Below are positions 48,144 through 56,514 of a stretch of DNA of 64,000 bases, piece by piece. The translations under genes and the position numbers were made by a program. The DNA lies in assembly GCA_043826565.1 (NCBI GenBank), contig JBDRPX010000025.1:36966-100965 (forward strand), given 5' to 3'. The stretch comes from Candidatus Omnitrophota bacterium. Lineage in GTDB: Bacteria; Omnitrophota; Gorgyraeia; B26-G9. The notes under the pieces are model-generated. The model was not told the origin of the DNA. It worked only from the letters and a program-made list of their open reading frames with translations, and did not search any database. How positions within the stretch are numbered: the stretch's first letter is position 1; each line of letters starts with the position of its first letter.

Positions 48144-48545
48144 ATGTTTAATAAAAAAGGTTTTACGTTGGTTGAACTTTTGATGGTTGTTATCATCATC
48201 GGTATTTTAGTTACACTTGCAGTTCCGAACTACTACAGATCAATAGAAAGAGCAAAAGGTGGTAAAGCAAAAGCAGCTTTAGACGGTATTAGAAAAGCTG
48301 AATTGCAGTACAGAGCGTTTAATGATACTTATACAGGGACAATTGCTGATTTGGCGGAGTATGATTTGCCGCCGGAGATTGCTGCTGGGGCAGATTCAGA
48401 TTGGGCTTATACTATCCCGACATCAACATCAACAGCACTGGGTCTTACTGCCACAAGAAGTGCTGGTCCGCATGCTACAGAAGTAATTAGTATGGATCAG
48501 GATGGTGTATTGACTTCAACAATAGGTGATTGGGGCGTCAGATAA
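48144..48545 (+). CDS. Type IV pilin (PilA/PilE-like)
   Basis: Class III signal KKG|FTLVELLMVVIIIGILVTLAVP; 133 aa. Confidence 0.92.
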   Translation: MFNKKGFTLVELLMVVIIIGILVTLAVPNYYRSIERAKGGKAKAALDGIRKAELQYRAFNDTYTGTIADLAEYDLPPEIAAGADSDWAYTIPTSTSTALGLTATRSAGPHATEVISMDQDGVLTSTIGDWGVR

Positions 48546-48580
48546 CCCTGATGTAGTTTAGGAGAAATATATTAAAAATG

Positions 48581-48637
48581 TGCTATCGGTTTATTCTCGA
48601 AAAAGCTTTATGGGGAAAAGCCGATAGCATTTTTTTT
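48581..48637 (+). terminator. Intrinsic terminator after the pilin gene
   Basis: TGCTATCGGT ... GCCGATAGCA followed by T8. Confidence 0.75.
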
Positions 48638-48675
48638 ATTTTATAAATGTATTTTATATAAATCTTAAGGAGGAA

Positions 48676-49761
48676 GTGATGCGGATAATAGGTATTGCTA
48701 ATCAAAAGGGGGGGTGCGGCAAGACGACTACCGCGATTAATTTTTCAGCATGTTTGGCTCAGCTAAAAAAGAATGTATTGCTTATTGATTTAGACCCGCA
48801 GGGGCATGCGACATTAGGCCTTAATATTAAGCATGATGATTTGGAGAAAAGTATGTATAATGTTTTAACTCCGGATGCTGCTGAAAAAGTTAGGCTTGAT
48901 GAAATAATAGTACCTATTTCCAAAAACCTTGATTTAGCGCCGGCGACAATACTTTTATCCGCAATTGAACAGGAGCTCTCCGGAAAACCGGAAAGAGAAG
49001 CAAAATTATATCAGGCTATTTCTTTGATGGTTATGAAAAAAACTTATGATTTTATTATTATTGATTGCCCTCCGAGTTTAGGGATACTTACTTTTAATGC
49101 TCTGCGCGCATCAGGGGAAGTTATTGCGCCGGTGGATACGGGTTTTTTCTCAATGCAGGGAATTAGTAAATTGCTTGAAATTACTAACCTTATTAGTTCT
49201 CGAGTGAAAACCAGTATTAAGGTGAATGCTTTAATTACCATGTTTGATAAACGGACAAAGTTTTCCCAGGAAGTAAAGGAAGAGATTCACAAATATTTTA
49301 GCGGAAATGTGTTTAATACTATTATTAATAATAACGTTCGTGTGCGGGAGGCTTCCAGTTATGGGATGCCGGTAATTTCTTATGACAAAAATTGCCGGGG
49401 AGCTGTTGATTACATGGCCTTGGCAAAAGAGGTGATTAAGCCGCCGGCAAGAAACTTAATTGAAAAAATTGTTTCGCAAGCGTTTGGTCCTAAAAAAATC
49501 GAACAGGGTGTATTGTTTACCTATAGTGCTCCGGGAGCTGCTCAGGTGGAAATTGCCGGAGATTTTAATGGATGGGTTGCTGCTTCTGAAAGTAAGCTCG
49601 AAAATGTAAATGACGGAGTTTGGGCTAAAGTATATAGGTTAAACCCGGGACGTTATCGCTATAAATTCGTAGTTGACGGGCAGTGGGTTGTTGACCCCAA
49701 TAATCCGAATATTGAAACCGACGAAGTCGGCAATAGTAACTCATTATTGGAAATTAAATAA
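48676..49761 (+). CDS. ParA/Soj-family ATPase fused to a C-terminal glycogen-binding CBM48 (AMPK1_CBM-like) domain
   Basis: NQKGGCGKTT, DLDPQG, IDCPP, MFDKRT, NVR; C-terminal VEIAGDFNGW...GRYRYKFVVDGQW..DP.N...GNSNS. Confidence 0.9.
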   Translation: MMRIIGIANQKGGCGKTTTAINFSACLAQLKKNVLLIDLDPQGHATLGLNIKHDDLEKSMYNVLTPDAAEKVRLDEIIVPISKNLDLAPATILLSAIEQELSGKPEREAKLYQAISLMVMKKTYDFIIIDCPPSLGILTFNALRASGEVIAPVDTGFFSMQGISKLLEITNLISSRVKTSIKVNALITMFDKRTKFSQEVKEEIHKYFSGNVFNTIINNNVRVREASSYGMPVISYDKNCRGAVDYMALAKEVIKPPARNLIEKIVSQAFGPKKIEQGVLFTYSAPGAAQVEIAGDFNGWVAASESKLENVNDGVWAKVYRLNPGRYRYKFVVDGQWVVDPNNPNIETDEVGNSNSLLEIK

Positions 49762-49962
49762 TTTAAAATATTCTTGACTATTTAGCTTGATTAGTAATAA
49801 TATAATAAAAGGATATAAAAAGTTTGCAATATAAAGACTTTTAAGTTTATTATAGAGTACAAGCTTTACTTTATAACTTTACAACTTTAAAACTTTCAAC
49901 TTAAATATATGTGCCCTCTGGGCAGGAATCCGTGAGCTGAATATGTTTGTAAGAAGACGTCG

Positions 49963-50880
49963 ATGAGTAATTCAAAAAAATTAGGTAAAGGCTTAGAAGA
50001 TATATCGTATTTGTTTCTTTCCCCAGCAGAAGAAGATTCTCTTTCTAAAGAAAGCTTTGGTCGGCAGGAGAAAAAAACCGCCTCTATTTTAGAAACTCCG
50101 ATTAAAAGTATTTGTCTGATCGGGAACAATTCCTCTTTTCTTGATGCTTTTCTGGTCATTAATTTATCATTAGCTTTAGCCCGTTTGGGTATGCGTATTG
50201 CGGTTGTTGATATGGAGCCGGAACTGCCTTGTTTGAATTTTTTTCTGGGAAATGAATTACAAAAAGGCACTGTGGATAATTCTGAAGGTTTGGTCCGGGA
50301 GGGGCCCTTAGGCGTTAAATTGGTCAGCCTGAATAAATTTACTTTTGAGCATCTTGCGAAAAATGAGAATAGTGACAGGATTATTGAACAGCTAAGTAAA
50401 ATAGAAGAGGATGTTGACCTGATTTTGGTAAATGTAATGCAAAAGAATTTATTTGCCGCAAAGAGTGCTTTAAATGACTTGGGAACGGAATTTTTAGTGA
50501 TCTCTGCACCGGATAAAAACAGAATTCTGGATTCCTATCGAATAATAAAAACAATCTTTCAGAGTAACCCTCTTTCTAAAGTTGGTTTGGTAGTTACTGA
50601 TGTTAACCATATGTATGAAATAGACGCGGTTTATAATAAAATGTTTGGTGCAGTTAAAAAATTTTTAGATAAGGAATTATATAAATGCGGGTTTTTGTTT
50701 AAAATCAGGCAGGATGTTGATTTTAAAGCAACGATAGCATCATTTTATGATGCGGATTTAACCGCATGTATTTCCAATATAGCTCAGATTGTTTTGTTGC
50801 GGTTAAATTTGGGCGGGGATGTTATAACTAAAGGCTCATTTTTTAAAAAAATGGTCAGCGGTTTTAGTTTGCCGAGGTGA
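49963..50880 (+). CDS. Degenerate MinD/FlhG-like protein with a ParB-like N-terminal peptide
   Basis: N-terminal KKLGKGLEDI; NLSLALARLGMRIAVVD and DSYRIIK resemble MinD/FlhG, but Walker A is replaced by GNNSSFLD. Confidence 0.65.
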   Translation: MSNSKKLGKGLEDISYLFLSPAEEDSLSKESFGRQEKKTASILETPIKSICLIGNNSSFLDAFLVINLSLALARLGMRIAVVDMEPELPCLNFFLGNELQKGTVDNSEGLVREGPLGVKLVSLNKFTFEHLAKNENSDRIIEQLSKIEEDVDLILVNVMQKNLFAAKSALNDLGTEFLVISAPDKNRILDSYRIIKTIFQSNPLSKVGLVVTDVNHMYEIDAVYNKMFGAVKKFLDKELYKCGFLFKIRQDVDFKATIASFYDADLTACISNIAQIVLLRLNLGGDVITKGSFFKKMVSGFSLPR

Positions 50881-51567
50881 GTGATGACAACTGTTTTTCG
50901 TAAAACAGTAATCGAAAAAGAAAAACTCAGAGAAATAATACTGAAAAATCCGGAATATATTCAGCCGGATCTCAGTTTTATAGATCTTAAACTGGGTACT
51001 GAAGACGAAGGAATTATTGATTTTTTAGGAGTTGATAAAACCGCTTGTTTGAATATAGTTAACTTTAGTACCGGAGAAAATGCGGATTTGCTGATTTCGG
51101 CTTTAAGTCAGGCGCATTGGCTGAGGAAAAATGAAACTTTGGTAAAAAGACTTTTCTTTAGTGAAAATGTCGATCTAACCCAGAGTCCGGTTATAATGCT
51201 CATTGGTTCTGATTTTTCGGAAAAGTCAAAATCCGCCGCAAAACAAATTAATGGGCATTTGATAAAATTTATTCAGTTCCAATATGTGATCTCTCAAGAC
51301 CAGGATGCAATATTCTTTGAGGAAGTTTTTTGCAATAAAAAGAATTTACAGCAGGAAATTGCTGTTGAGGTCAAGGAGAAAGAATCAATAACTCAGACAA
51401 CAGTATCTCTTAAGTCTTCAGTTATTAGAAAAGAGACATTGCCGGTACCGGAGGTATCTGCGGAAGCACCTCACCCCAGGATAGAAGAAATATTGCTTTC
51501 CCCGGAAGAAATCGCCGAGTTTATGGATTTCGACAGAGTCTTAGAACGCGAAAAATCCGCTGAATAA
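50881..51567 (+). CDS. Hypothetical protein with a NucS-like (PD-(D/E)XK) fold, likely inactive, and an acidic tail
   Basis: LREIILKNPEYI...GIIDFLGVD resembles the NucS C-terminal domain; ExK is replaced by NFS; abuts the upstream gene. Confidence 0.45.
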   Translation: MMTTVFRKTVIEKEKLREIILKNPEYIQPDLSFIDLKLGTEDEGIIDFLGVDKTACLNIVNFSTGENADLLISALSQAHWLRKNETLVKRLFFSENVDLTQSPVIMLIGSDFSEKSKSAAKQINGHLIKFIQFQYVISQDQDAIFFEEVFCNKKNLQQEIAVEVKEKESITQTTVSLKSSVIRKETLPVPEVSAEAPHPRIEEILLSPEEIAEFMDFDRVLEREKSAE

Positions 51568-51610
51568 AATTAGAAAAACCTGCCATATTTGCTAAGAAAG
51601 AATATCGTTT

Positions 51611-52378
51611 ATGCCAACAAAAAATCCGATAGTATTTAGAAAAATATTTTCACAATATATTCTTTCTGATAAAGAGGCACCTTTTGTTTGTGCTTTTTCA
51701 ACCCGTGTCGATAATTTTAGTTTACTCGGGATAACTAATCGCAGCGAAAGAGAGCTGGTTATCCAGGCGCGCAGGAAATTTTTTACTGCCTTTGATGCTC
51801 AATTAGAAAAGGCTGTTTTCTTGGAGCAGCCGCATAGAGCAACTGTTTTTAAAGCTAACCGGCAAGACGAGGGGCGGGGGGCATTTGCTTGGGATGCCAG
51901 TGTTCCCGGAGCGGATGCAGTTATAACAGCTATTCCCGGTCTGGCTTTAGCAATATTAACAGCAGATTGTTTGCCGATTGTTATTGCTGACCCCCTTGAA
52001 AAGGCTGTAGGAATTATCCATGCGGGCTGGAGGGGTATTTACGCGGAAATAGCAAAAAACACAGTTTCCGAAATGTGCCGGGAGTTTAATTGCCGGTTAA
52101 AAAATCTTTACGCTTATATCGGTCCGGGAATAGGTAAGTGCTGCTATGAAGTTCAGGATGATGTGGCTGATAAATTCCCCGGTTTTATTCTTAGAAATGT
52201 AAATAGAGTGTGTTTGGATCTTAGCGGGGCAGTACTTAACCAGTTGTTTGATGCGGGGATAAAAGAAACAAATATTTATAATACAGCTTTTTGTACCTGT
52301 TGCAAAAGTGATGAGTTTTTTTCTTATCGCAGAGGTGACCGGCTAAAGCGTATGATTACCGGCGTAATGATAAAGTAG
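51611..52378 (+). CDS. pgeF: PgeF/YfiH family (peptidoglycan editing factor / laccase-domain protein)
   Basis: QPH, ADA, TADCLP, HAGWRG, GPGIGKCCYEV, FFSYRR. Confidence 0.92.
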   Translation: MPTKNPIVFRKIFSQYILSDKEAPFVCAFSTRVDNFSLLGITNRSERELVIQARRKFFTAFDAQLEKAVFLEQPHRATVFKANRQDEGRGAFAWDASVPGADAVITAIPGLALAILTADCLPIVIADPLEKAVGIIHAGWRGIYAEIAKNTVSEMCREFNCRLKNLYAYIGPGIGKCCYEVQDDVADKFPGFILRNVNRVCLDLSGAVLNQLFDAGIKETNIYNTAFCTCCKSDEFFSYRRGDRLKRMITGVMIK

Positions 52379-52441
52379 CTAATAGCTGATCGGGTTAAGT
52401 TCGAAGTTGCAATATCCAAACTATAGCGCAACCAGTGTATT

Positions 52442-52476
52442 CTTGAGGCTTATGACTTGAGACTTGAGACTTGTGG
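52442..52476. repeat. Heptamer array CTTGAGA-type
   Basis: CTTGAGG CTTATGA CTTGAGA CTTGAGA CTTGTGG; a possible degenerate inverse arm lies at 52397-52419. Confidence 0.85.
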
Positions 52477-52490
52477 CTGTGATAATTCCC

Positions 52491-52519
52491 TTGACATTAA
52501 ATATCAAATAATATAATAT
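52491..52519 (+). promoter_or_regulatory. Sigma70-type promoter
   Basis: TTGACA with TATAAT at 15 nt or TAATAT at 17 nt; AAGGAGG SD before 52593. Confidence 0.55.
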
Positions 52520-52592
52520 TACAGTGCTAAAATGTTTTAAGCTATAATATTTATAGCTGTAAACTTTATGCTTTTAAAATAAGGAGGGGGTC

Positions 52593-53621
52593 ATGAAAGC
52601 AAAAAAAACTGTAAAAAAATCTGCGGGTTCTGCTAAAACGACACGAGTAAAATCAACGGTGAAAAAGACTAAAACGAAGGTAACTAAAGTTTCCCGGTCA
52701 AAAATGCCGACAGATTTTAAACCGTTTCTTGATGCGCCGATTGCCGATAATTTACCGGCACTTACTAAAGGTAAACAGCAGGTTGGTGAAAGTAAGTTTT
52801 TTATTAGTCCCAGTGCTGTTGCGGTTGAGGAAAGAGAAACTTATGATTTGCCGTCCGGTTATGCGGATACGCGCATTGTTATTCAGGTAAGAGATCCGTA
52901 TTGGCTTTACGCTTATTGGGAGGTAAACCCAAATAAGTGGGATGGATTGCGTCAGGAACTGGGCGAAGCTCTGGATAGTTCAAAGCGGGTATTGCGGATA
53001 TATGATATAACCGGCGTGCAATTTAACGGAAGTAATTCTAATGGATTTTTTGATATAGATATTAACGATTTTGCGGCTAATTGGTATATTAATATCGGTA
53101 CTCCGGGGCGTGGATATTGCGTTGATCTCGGATTGATATTAGCTGACGGCAGATTTATTACAATCGCCCGGTCAAATTGTGTGACTACTCCGCTGGATGG
53201 GCCAAGTAATTTAACTGATGAGGAGTGGATGATTGTTGAAGAAGACTTTAATAAACTCTATGGATTATCGGTAGGTTTAGGTGTGGGCCTTAGCTCTGCG
53301 GATATAAGAGAACAGATCAGTGAACGGCTTAAAAAAGAAATATCCTCAGGGGCTGTATCCTCATTCGGCAGTCCGGTGAAAAAGGCCGCAAAGCGCGGTT
53401 TTTGGATGGTGGTAAATACCGAACTGATTGTTTACGGAGCTACTGAGCCTGATGCAGCTGTTACTGTGCAGGGCCGGCCGATTAAATTAAAAAAAGACGG
53501 TACGTTTAGTCTGCGTTTTGCTTTGCCGGACGGAGAACAGGTTATCCCGGTTAAGGGTGTTTCTGCGGACAAAGTTGAAGAGAGAGTTATTACGCCGATT
53601 GTAACAAGGAGAACGGTTTAG
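52593..53621 (+). CDS. DUF4912 domain protein with Lys-rich N-terminus
   Basis: LPSGY, VRDPYWLYAYWE, LRIYD, WYI, IARSN.V.TP; C-terminal FWMVVNTELIVYGATEPDA...DGTFSLRFALPDG. Confidence 0.85.
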   Translation: MKAKKTVKKSAGSAKTTRVKSTVKKTKTKVTKVSRSKMPTDFKPFLDAPIADNLPALTKGKQQVGESKFFISPSAVAVEERETYDLPSGYADTRIVIQVRDPYWLYAYWEVNPNKWDGLRQELGEALDSSKRVLRIYDITGVQFNGSNSNGFFDIDINDFAANWYINIGTPGRGYCVDLGLILADGRFITIARSNCVTTPLDGPSNLTDEEWMIVEEDFNKLYGLSVGLGVGLSSADIREQISERLKKEISSGAVSSFGSPVKKAAKRGFWMVVNTELIVYGATEPDAAVTVQGRPIKLKKDGTFSLRFALPDGEQVIPVKGVSADKVEERVITPIVTRRTV

Positions 53622-53650
53622 ATCCTTAAGTGAAAAATTGACTATTGTTT

Positions 53651-53690
53651 AACGCCGGAATAGATATTATCATTCCGGCGTTTTCATTTC
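53651..53690 (+). terminator. Intrinsic terminator
   Basis: AACGCCGGAAT ... ATTCCGGCGTT followed by TTCATTT. Confidence 0.7.
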
Positions 53691-53877
53691 AGGACGCAAT
53701 GATCCGCCAAGAGTACAGGAAGCACGTTTTGTGGCGGATTAATACTGAGTTCAAATCTCTTGAATTGTGAACATGAGTATGCTAATATAATACACATTAT
53801 TTGGGTTATTCTTGTTTGGTTGAAAAAATGTTCTTAACATAACTATTAGTATTAAGTTATAGTAAAACAAGAATAGC

Positions 53878-53985
53878 CCTGATTAAACCGATTAATTACT
53901 GATTACAGAGATTAAATATAATTTTTTTATAGCTGAACCGTTATAAATAATCCTTGTAATCGTTTTCTAATCTTTGTAATCAGGT
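53878..53985. repeat. GATT/AATC periodic inverted cassette, copy 2
   Basis: GATT at 53881/53890/53901/53910 and AATC at 53949/53958/53969/53978; CCTGATTA...TAATCAGG ends. Confidence 0.85.
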
Positions 53986-54082
53986 TCTTTTTTAGAAAGA
54001 ACCCATTATTTACCGTCCGGATATTTAACTTAAACGCTCCGGATAAGTGTCTATAACGTATTAATGAAAATAGGGGAAAAAG

Positions 54083-55663
54083 ATGGAAAAAGGATATCTT
54101 TGTATGGTTTTACACGGTCATTTACCATATGTCCGTCATCCTGAGCATGAGGATTTTCTAGAGGAAGATTGGCTGTATGAGGCAATTACCGAAACATATA
54201 TTCCGTTATTAAATGTTTTTGAAGGGCTGATTAAAGATAAAATTGATTTTCGGGTAACCCTGGGTTTGTCGCCGACTTTAATTACCATGCTTCTTGATCC
54301 ATTGCTCCAGGAGAGGTACCTGAAGCATTTGGATAGCCTGATTGAACTGGCTAGCCGGGAAGTTGAGAGGACCCGGTGGCAGCCGGAGTTCCATAAGCTT
54401 GCCTTGATGTATCTAAGTAAATTCAATTTGGCTCGATATATATTTGTAGATAAGCATAACCGGAATTTAATCCAGGCATTTAGGGCAGTTCAGGATGCCG
54501 GGAAACTTGAAATAATTACCTGCGGGGCAACTCACGGTTTTTTCCCTCTGATGCATGTTTGTAAGGAGTCTATTCGGGCTCAGGTGAAAACGGCAGTCGA
54601 TCAGTATAAACGTGTTTTCGGCCGCCAGCCTCGGGGAATATGGCTTCCCGAGTGCGGCTATAATCCGGGAGATGATGAAATATTAAAGGAAAACGGTCTG
54701 CGTTTCTTTTTTGTCGATGCTCACGGTATATTGCATGGAACACCTCGTCCTAAGTACGGTGTTTTTGCTCCGGCATATTGTAAGTCCGGGGTAGCTTGCT
54801 TTGGCCGTGATCTGGAATCTTCAAAACAGGTATGGAGTGCGGTAGAAGGTTATCCCGGGGATTATTCCTATAGAGAATTTTACCGGGATATCGGTTTTGA
54901 TCTTGATTTTGACTATGTCAAACCGTACATCCATAAAGATGGGATTCGTATTAATACCGGTATTAAATATTACAAAATTACCGGGGAATCGCAGGAAAAG
55001 CATCCATATGTGCCGGAAGACGCGCTGCAGAAATCTGCGGATCAGGCAGGCAATTTCATGTTTAACCGCCAGAAGCAGATTGAGTATTTGTATGATATGC
55101 TTAAACGCGAGCCGATCATAATTTCTCCTTATGATGCGGAACTGTTCGGCCATTGGTGGTATGAAGGTCCGGATTGGCTGGATTTCCTGTTTCGTAAAGT
55201 TGCTTGTGACCAGAAAACATTTAAGATGATAACTCCTTCGGAATATTTGGAAAAATTCCCGCGTAATCAGGTTATAACACCGTCGATGTCTACCTGGGGC
55301 TATAAAGGGTATAATGAGGTTTGGCTCGAAGGCTCCAATGACTGGATTTACCGGCATTTGCATAAGGCTTCTGAACGCATGACTGAACTGGTGAGAATGT
55401 GTCCGGATGCCGGTGGAATAAAACTCAGAGCATTAAACCAGGCTTTAAGAGAATTATTATTAGCTCAGAGTTCTGATTGGGCATTTATAATGAAGACCGG
55501 GACACATGTTTCCTATGCCGTAAAAAGAACCAAGGATCATTTGTTGAGATTTTCAAAATTGTATTTCAGTATAAAAGCAGACAATGTGAATGAATCCTGG
55601 CTTACTGATATTGAGTATAAAGACAAGATATTCCCGAATATTGATTATCGGTTTCACTCATGA
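54083..55663 (+). CDS. GH57 1,4-alpha-glucan branching enzyme (with DUF1957)
   Basis: HGHLPYV, EAITETYIP, GIWLPECG, PYDAELFGHWWYEG, RELLLAQSSDWAF. Confidence 0.92.
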   Translation: MEKGYLCMVLHGHLPYVRHPEHEDFLEEDWLYEAITETYIPLLNVFEGLIKDKIDFRVTLGLSPTLITMLLDPLLQERYLKHLDSLIELASREVERTRWQPEFHKLALMYLSKFNLARYIFVDKHNRNLIQAFRAVQDAGKLEIITCGATHGFFPLMHVCKESIRAQVKTAVDQYKRVFGRQPRGIWLPECGYNPGDDEILKENGLRFFFVDAHGILHGTPRPKYGVFAPAYCKSGVACFGRDLESSKQVWSAVEGYPGDYSYREFYRDIGFDLDFDYVKPYIHKDGIRINTGIKYYKITGESQEKHPYVPEDALQKSADQAGNFMFNRQKQIEYLYDMLKREPIIISPYDAELFGHWWYEGPDWLDFLFRKVACDQKTFKMITPSEYLEKFPRNQVITPSMSTWGYKGYNEVWLEGSNDWIYRHLHKASERMTELVRMCPDAGGIKLRALNQALRELLLAQSSDWAFIMKTGTHVSYAVKRTKDHLLRFSKLYFSIKADNVNESWLTDIEYKDKIFPNIDYRFHS

Positions 55664-55666
55664 AGC

Positions 55667-55768
55667 AAGATGTCAGAAGACAGAAGTCAGAGGTCAGAAT
55701 TAAATAACGATAAATTTTCATTTTTTATTTTTATCTGACATCTGTCATCTGATCTCTGTTTTCTGAAT
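55667..55768. repeat. Inverted heptamer cassette (CAGAnGn)n ... (TCTGnnn)n
   Basis: CAGA at 55674/55681/55688/55695 and TCTG at 55734/55741/55748/55755/55762; 35-nt AT-rich spacer. Confidence 0.9.
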
Positions 55769-55788
55769 TTTGAATAAGCGGAGACAAA

Positions 55789-56514
55789 ATGACTTCAAAA
55801 AAAAGTGTTCCCCAGCATATTGCTATTATTATGGATGGAAACGGCAGATGGGCAAAACAGAAGCATCTGCCGCGGGTTGCCGGGCACCGGCAGGGAGTGG
55901 AAACAGTAAAAAAAATAGTCAGAGCTTGTGATGATCTTGGCGTAAAATTTCTTACCCTTTATACTTTTTCCAGCGAGAACTGGAAAAGATCAAAGACGGA
56001 AGTTAGTTTTTTAATGCATCTTTTTAATAAGCATTTGGATAAGGCGATTCGGGATCTAAGAAAAAATAATGTGCGTTTTTTGACTATCGGGGTAGAAAAA
56101 GGATTGCCCCCCAAAGTACGCCAAGTGATGGACAAGGCCAAAGAGGAAACCGCGAAAAATACCGGGTTGACTTTAATCTTGGCGTTTAATTACGGTGCCC
56201 GTTTAGAAATTATGGATGCGGCATTGGGTTTGGCGAAAGATATCCAGGAAGGTAAGATAAAATATAAAGAAGTAACTGAAGAAGTTTTCTCCAGTTATTT
56301 GTATACCGCAGATATCCCTGATCCGGATTTGCTTATCCGGACCAGCGGAGAAATGAGAGTCAGTAATTTTTTGCTTTGGCAGCTTTCCTACAGTGAAATA
56401 TACATAACCAAGAAATTCTGGCCGGAGTTTGATGAACAGGATCTTGCGGACGCGATAAGAGAATTTCAAAGCAGAGACCGCCGGTTTGGGGGAGCGGAAA
56501 AACATGGAAAATAA
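55789..56514 (+). CDS. uppS: Undecaprenyl diphosphate synthase
   Basis: HIAIIMDGNGRWA, FSSENWKR, NYGAR, PDLLIRTSGEMRVSNFLLWQ. Confidence 0.96.
   Translation: MTSKKSVPQHIAIIMDGNGRWAKQKHLPRVAGHRQGVETVKKIVRACDDLGVKFLTLYTFSSENWKRSKTEVSFLMHLFNKHLDKAIRDLRKNNVRFLTIGVEKGLPPKVRQVMDKAKEETAKNTGLTLILAFNYGARLEIMDAALGLAKDIQEGKIKYKEVTEEVFSSYLYTADIPDPDLLIRTSGEMRVSNFLLWQLSYSEIYITKKFWPEFDEQDLADAIREFQSRDRRFGGAEKHGK

Noticed and set aside
48676-49761. Chromosomal parA-parB locus
   Set aside because: No ParB CTPase/HTH gene follows and no parS palindrome was noticed; the CBM fusion is atypical of Soj.
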